NCBI GenBank assembly: GCA_963803435.1
Contig: CAWDML010000001.1
Location: 544,001-608,000 of the forward strand
DNA from: an uncultured delta proteobacterium
GTDB taxonomy: Bacteria; Myxococcota; Kuafuiibacteriia; Kuafuiibacteriales; Kuafuiibacteriaceae
Length of the DNA: 64,000 nucleotides
Direction of reading: 5' to 3'
Each line of letters starts with the position of its first letter. The first letter of the stretch is position 1. Made by a program: the position numbers and the translations under genes. The notes under the pieces were generated by a model. That model was given only the letters and a program-made list of their open reading frames with translations. It ran no database searches and was not told where the DNA came from. Positions 59,736 to 64,000 of this stretch are shown here, in pieces.

Positions 59736-61068
59736 ATGATGTGGACGACCATGAACATCTCCGAGGTTCGGACATTCGTAGACGGCCGCGCGCGCGGGGG
59801 TTTGGGCGAAGACGACGTGCGCGATCTGGTCGCGCTGACCGCCGGTCGTCGAGCGCAGCTCCTGAAGATCGGGGCCGAGTACGGGCCGCTCTTCACGGAC
59901 AAGGGCGCGGAGGCCTTCGAGCGGGTGACCGGTCGAAAGCCGGAGCGCTCGGCGGTGGGCGGCGCCGCCGGGGGCGGCGGGACCGTCGTCGATGTTCGCG
60001 CCGGCCGCTCGGCCTCGGTGCCGCGGGGGTGGAAGCCGGTGGTCCGCGTCGAGCAGCGCATCAAACAGCTGATCGACGAGGGCGAGTCGGTGACGCTGCG
60101 CCTCCGCAGCGGCCGCCAGATCTCGATGGACGCCACCGAGCAGATGGCCGAGTTCGTGAAGAAGGGCTATCTGAGGCTCTACAAGAACGAGAAGGACGAG
60201 GTCGACTACGACGACGAGGGCCGCAAGATTCTGGTACTCGGCCCACTATCTGGTCCCGACGCCGGCGTTCAAGATGCTCGACGATCAGATCGAGAAGTTC
60301 GCCGCGCGCGCCGATCGGATCAGCGAAAGAGCCTCGACCCAGCTCGAGAAGCTCCGCACCACGATGCACGCCTCCCGCGTCAACGGCTTCTCACCCTTCG
60401 ATCTGGACCAGATCAAGGCCGAGGTGAACGCCCAGATCCCGAAGGCGAAGGCGGCGATCATCGAGTACGAGGAGGCCGTCAAGCAGTTCGAGCGGGACAC
60501 GCAGCACCTCGACTATCCCAACGGCGAGGTCTACCTGATGTTCTTCGGGAAGAAGGCGCTCGAGGTCGCAGGCCCCCACATCGAGGCTTCCAGCCTGCGC
60601 GACCTCACCTTCGCCAAGGATTTGATCCGCGCCAGCGAGCTCTTGCTGGGGCGTCCCGAGGTCGAGTCCGTCGATCCGGGCTTCGGCATCCGCATCAACG
60701 TCAACACGGACACGCTGGTGAAGAACGGCGGCGACTACAACTCTTTCAAGCGCGAGGTCACCGCCCTCCTCCATGATCAGCTGATCACGGACGAGATCGA
60801 CTTCTCCAAGAACAACAACACCGACGGCGTCCTCGAGGCGGCGCAGAAGCTCCTGCAGCGGGCCGTCGGCACGGCCAACGTGCGCGACGGCTACCAGATC
60901 GGCGACAAGGACTTCCCGGACCACGTGCGCGGCACCGAGGTGACGCTCTACGTGAAGAAGGACAAGCTGGCGGCGGCGCGGACGCACCTCGCCGAGCTGC
61001 GCGCGCTGTTCGCGCCGCACGGCTTCGACATGCAGCACTTCACCATGAGGATCGAAGAGGATCGCTGA
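59736..61068 (+). CDS. hypothetical protein (about 443 aa) split by a 1-nt insertion near 60229
   Basis: GGGGAG RBS. The high-GC3 frame switches at GATTCT 60227-32; the join reads GRK-IWYSAHYLVPTPAFK-MLDDQIEK. Confidence 0.6.
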
Positions 61069-61075
61069 GGTCGGA

Positions 61076-61783
61076 TCAGGCGAGGGCCTGAGGATACGCG
61101 ATCGCGGCGGGCTCCGACTCGCCGGAGAGCAGCGCGAGGACCGCGCCGACGTCCACGCGCGGATCGGCGCGGGCGGCCACCAGAAGCTCGTGGTAGAGCG
61201 TCCCGATCCGCAGGTGTCGGAGCAGGTCCGCCCCGGTCTCGCGCGCATGCGCCCGATCGAGCACGAAGAGCTCGGGCATGAAGTACGAGATCTCGATCGC
61301 CGCGTGCTGGACGCCGAGCCGCACCGCCAGGTGCGCGCCGCAGCTGGCCAAAAGGTCGACGGCGAGGAAGAAGCGGTGCGCCCCCGCCTCGAGGAGGTCG
61401 CGCAGGGCCGCCCGCAGATCGGCGGGGAGCGCCGCCAGCCAGCTCGTGAGCTGACCGAGCTCGCGGTCGCACCCCGCGGTGCGGGCGAAGAAGGCGTAGT
61501 CGGCCAAGAATCCGGTGACCGGATCGCGGGCGCCCGGCTCCGGGTTGGACCAGGGACGGATCCGGGGCGCGAGCCCCTCGAAGGACGCCCGCCGAAACGC
61601 CCGCCGGACCTCGCCGAGCGGAAAGCCGTCGCCGGCGAGCTGGCTCAGTAAGCCGACGATCAGCCGCCCGTTGCGGGCGTCGATGCGCCGCTCGAGGGCC
61701 AGCGCCAGCGTCTGGGCGTCCTCGAAGTCGGCGGCCCCGAGCCCGAGCATCCTGCAGTCTCGCGAAAAGGCCTGATGGTGCAT
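61076..61783 (-). CDS. hypothetical protein
   Basis: 235-aa ORF with a GGGGAG RBS and coding-like GC3; no recognised motif. Confidence 0.55.
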   Translation of the reverse strand: MHHQAFSRDCRMLGLGAADFEDAQTLALALERRIDARNGRLIVGLLSQLAGDGFPLGEVRRAFRRASFEGLAPRIRPWSNPEPGARDPVTGFLADYAFFARTAGCDRELGQLTSWLAALPADLRAALRDLLEAGAHRFFLAVDLLASCGAHLAVRLGVQHAAIEISYFMPELFVLDRAHARETGADLLRHLRIGTLYHELLVAARADPRVDVGAVLALLSGESEPAAIAYPQALA

Positions 61784-61797
61784 GTGCTCCCCGACAA

Positions 61798-61813
61798 AGC
61801 AGGCCGCATGCCA
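61798..61813 (-). promoter_or_regulatory. candidate sigma54 promoter (TGGCATG-CGGC-CTGCT)
   Basis: Correctly spaced -24 GG and -12 GC upstream of 61076..61783; the predicted start site would be very close to the first ATG. Confidence 0.35.
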
Positions 61814-62018
61814 CCTGCTTCTCCATCTCCGAGCGGCCCTCTCTGCCGGATGAACCCAACAGATCGACGGTCCGAGCCTGCTGTGGACGGGAGACTACGC
61901 CACAGGGTCGCCGTTACCGTCCGGTGCGTCGAGGGGCCCGCCGTCACCGCGACGAAACGGCTCCCTGAGCGCTGCGCGCGCGACGCCGTGGCACGCTTTT
62001 CTCAACGGGCCCCGCGGA

Positions 62019-63617
62019 ATGCGGGCGGCAGGCAGTGGGCGCGCCAGGGTCGCGTGGCCGGGTCGTTTCGGAAAGAAACGTCTCACGATCCTCCGCGCGG
62101 CGAGCCGCCGGCCCCACCGGTACCGGCTCTACCGCGCGCTCACGATGACGCTGACGCTGGCGGCGCTCGCCCTGGTCCCGCTGGTGGGGTTGGCGCGCGT
62201 CGACCTCGCGACGGGCGGCCACCGCGCGTTCTTCGCGAGCGTCGATCTCTTCCACGGCCTCATCGCGGTGTCGGTGGCCGTCTTCGGCTTCTATCTCTTC
62301 ACCTTCAACGTAAACCTGGTCGCGGGTCGAATGTTCTGCGGCTGGGGGTGTCCGGTCGGACAGCTCAACCGGCTCACCGACGCCTTCGTCGCCCAGCGCA
62401 CGCGCCGGAGCCGCTGGATGTGGGGCGGTGCGCTCGGCGGCTTTGCCGTCCTCCTGTCGCTCTCGATCCTGTTGTGGTGGACCTCGCTGGGCGGGCTCGG
62501 CGCGCTGGCGGCGCTGGCGGTGATGGTCGGCGCCGCAGTGGTCTTCGGGCGCGCGTGGGGCTGGAGCTTCTGCCGGCGTGTCTGCCCGATCGGCCTCTAC
62601 TATTCGGTGGTTCAAACCAAGCGGCCGCTCGGCATCCTCTTCGACTCGAGCCGCTGCCTCGACGAGGGCGCGTGCGTGCGCGCCTGCCCGGTCGATCTCG
62701 ACGCCCGCGATCTCGCCGCCGAGAAGCACGGCATCGGCGGCTTCGCGATCGACGGGCTGAAGGAGAACAGTCACTGCCTCCGCTGCGGCGCCTGCGTGGA
62801 GGCGTGCGAGATCGCGACGAGCAAGATGGACGCGCCGGCGCTGACCTTCGGGCGGCCCGAGCGCACCGTGACCGTCGATCTTCCGGCGATGGCCCCCGCT
62901 GCGGTCGTGCACGAGCGCGTCCGTGCCACCGTTGTCGATCCAGAGCCCCAGATCGAGCCGGGGCGGCCCAGGCGCTGGCTGCCGGCTGCGGTCATGGTGT
63001 CTGCGGGCCTCGCCATCGCCTCGTATGCAGCGGTGGCCGCCCGCCGCGCGAGCCGCTACTCGCCCCAGAAGACGTGGGTGCAGCCCACCGCCGGGACTGA
63101 GCGAACGACCCGATACGTCGCCGCGTCCGGCGACTACGCCCGCGGCGACATCGACGGCACGGCCCCGGCGGGCGCGATCGTCTATCTCCAGCACCCCGCG
63201 CCCGGCCGCGCGCTGGCCGCGCCGGCCGCAGTCGACATCGAGATCGCGAACCAGACCTTCTCCGCTCCCGTGTACCTGGCGAGCGTACGCGATCGACTCA
63301 AGCTTTCGAACGGCGATCCGATGCTGCACACGGCGCACCTGAGCTCAGGCCGACGTTCCTGGATCAACGTTCCGCTCCCGCCCGGGATGAAGCCGATGTC
63401 GGTGGCGGCGCCGGCTCCCGGGCTCTACCGCATCACCTGTGACAACCACCCGGGGGAGGAGGCGGAGCTCATCGTGCTGGATCATCCGTACGTCACGCGG
63501 GCCGATGCTTCGGGAAGCTACCAGCTGCACGACGTCCCCGCCGGAGCGGCGCAACTGGTCGTGAACGGAGAGCGTCCTGTGAAGGTTCAGGTCCACGCGA
63601 GGTCACCCATTCGATGA
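62019..63617 (+). CDS. NapH/MauN/CcoG-like 4Fe-4S membrane protein fused to a C-terminal cupredoxin-like domain
   Basis: FCGWGCPVG, FCRRVCPIG, CLDEGACVRACP and CLRCGACVEAC; then a TM segment and N.DP.LHT...CDNHPG...HPY...D..G.Y.L.DVPAG. Start uncertain. Confidence 0.78.
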   Translation: MRAAGSGRARVAWPGRFGKKRLTILRAASRRPHRYRLYRALTMTLTLAALALVPLVGLARVDLATGGHRAFFASVDLFHGLIAVSVAVFGFYLFTFNVNLVAGRMFCGWGCPVGQLNRLTDAFVAQRTRRSRWMWGGALGGFAVLLSLSILLWWTSLGGLGALAALAVMVGAAVVFGRAWGWSFCRRVCPIGLYYSVVQTKRPLGILFDSSRCLDEGACVRACPVDLDARDLAAEKHGIGGFAIDGLKENSHCLRCGACVEACEIATSKMDAPALTFGRPERTVTVDLPAMAPAAVVHERVRATVVDPEPQIEPGRPRRWLPAAVMVSAGLAIASYAAVAARRASRYSPQKTWVQPTAGTERTTRYVAASGDYARGDIDGTAPAGAIVYLQHPAPGRALAAPAAVDIEIANQTFSAPVYLASVRDRLKLSNGDPMLHTAHLSSGRRSWINVPLPPGMKPMSVAAPAPGLYRITCDNHPGEEAELIVLDHPYVTRADASGSYQLHDVPAGAAQLVVNGERPVKVQVHARSPIR

Positions 63618-64000
63618 GACGAACAACTTTGACGATTCTGGCGTTCGCCCTCCCGCTGGGGGCGTGCGAGGCCGACGACTGGGGCCCTGAGAAGCTCGCG
63701 CGCGGCGCGATCGACACTCAGGTCGAGGAGCTGCGGCTGGGCAGTCAGGTGTACGGCGACTATTGCGCGGGCTGCCACGGCGAGAAGGGCGACGGCAACG
63801 GCCCGGCCGCGCGCTTCCTCGATCCGAAGCCTCGGGACTTCCGGCTGGGACGGATCAAGTTCGCAGCCGTCGAGGGCGGCGCCGCGCCGCGCGACGACGA
63901 CTATCTCCACGTGCTCGACATCGGGCTCATGGGGACGGCGATGCCGCGATTCAACCTGCTCCCCGTGCTCGAGAAGAGAGCCGTCGTCGCCTACGTGAAG
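63614..64000 (+). CDS. cytochrome c lipoprotein (partial; runs off the window)
   Basis: ATGA overlap; MRRTTLTILAFALPLGAC lipobox; YCAGCHGEKGDGNGPAA..L.PKPRDF and GTAMP (His/Met class I). Not in the ORF track because it has no stop in the window. Confidence 0.9.
   Translation, partial: MRRTTLTILAFALPLGACEADDWGPEKLARGAIDTQVEELRLGSQVYGDYCAGCHGEKGDGNGPAARFLDPKPRDFRLGRIKFAAVEGGAAPRDDDYLHVLDIGLMGTAMPRFNLLPVLEKRAVVAYVK

Noticed and set aside
61784-62018. Riboswitch or ncRNA in the longest intergenic region
   Set aside because: Only a short CTGTGG/CCACAG stem; no recognisable Rfam-type consensus by eye. A covariance-model search would be needed.
1-64000. tRNA, rRNA, CRISPR array, prophage or recognised defence system
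   Set aside because: None recognised; nearly all sequence is accounted for by protein-coding genes with short spacers.

Overview
This is a high-GC, gene-dense chromosomal segment, most consistent with a Myxococcota-like bacterium (SgmX-like TPR protein, TIGR02996-like protein, Cys-rich and Ig-repeat lipoproteins). I recognised no rRNA, tRNA or CRISPR array. From left to right it contains: the 3' end of an IS1182-like element; a gluzincin-propeller-Omp85 outer-membrane protein with an orphan flippase; two large surface lipoproteins; a PspA-like gene and a lon/Cse60-like/CBS operon; a divergent glutamate amide-ligase cluster (15.4-24.4 kb); an outer-membrane barrel/lipase operon; a polysaccharide locus (two GT4s, two degenerate AsnB-like genes, wecB-like, wecA-like); sgmX-like plus ExeA ATPase; a multiply frameshifted dihydropyrimidinase; a class IV aminotransferase/sulfotransferase-like pair; tex; TetR-EmrBA-TolC; TauE/DUF1634; trpS; clpS-clpA; a minimal PPase; and a NapH-like/cupredoxin fusion followed by a partial cytochrome c. 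The best candidate for an undescribed system is the 15.4-24.4 kb cluster. There pgsB-pgsC-pgsW (poly-gamma-glutamate synthesis) lies back-to-back with a circularly permuted ATP-grasp enzyme, a secreted Zn-hydrolase-like protein, a C39-like peptidase, a RimK-like ATP-grasp and a GCS2 ligase. Several genes carry single-base indels, three of them at the same GATTCT context, which points to sequencing or base-modification artefacts. All family calls come from reading motifs and from recall; no database search was run.
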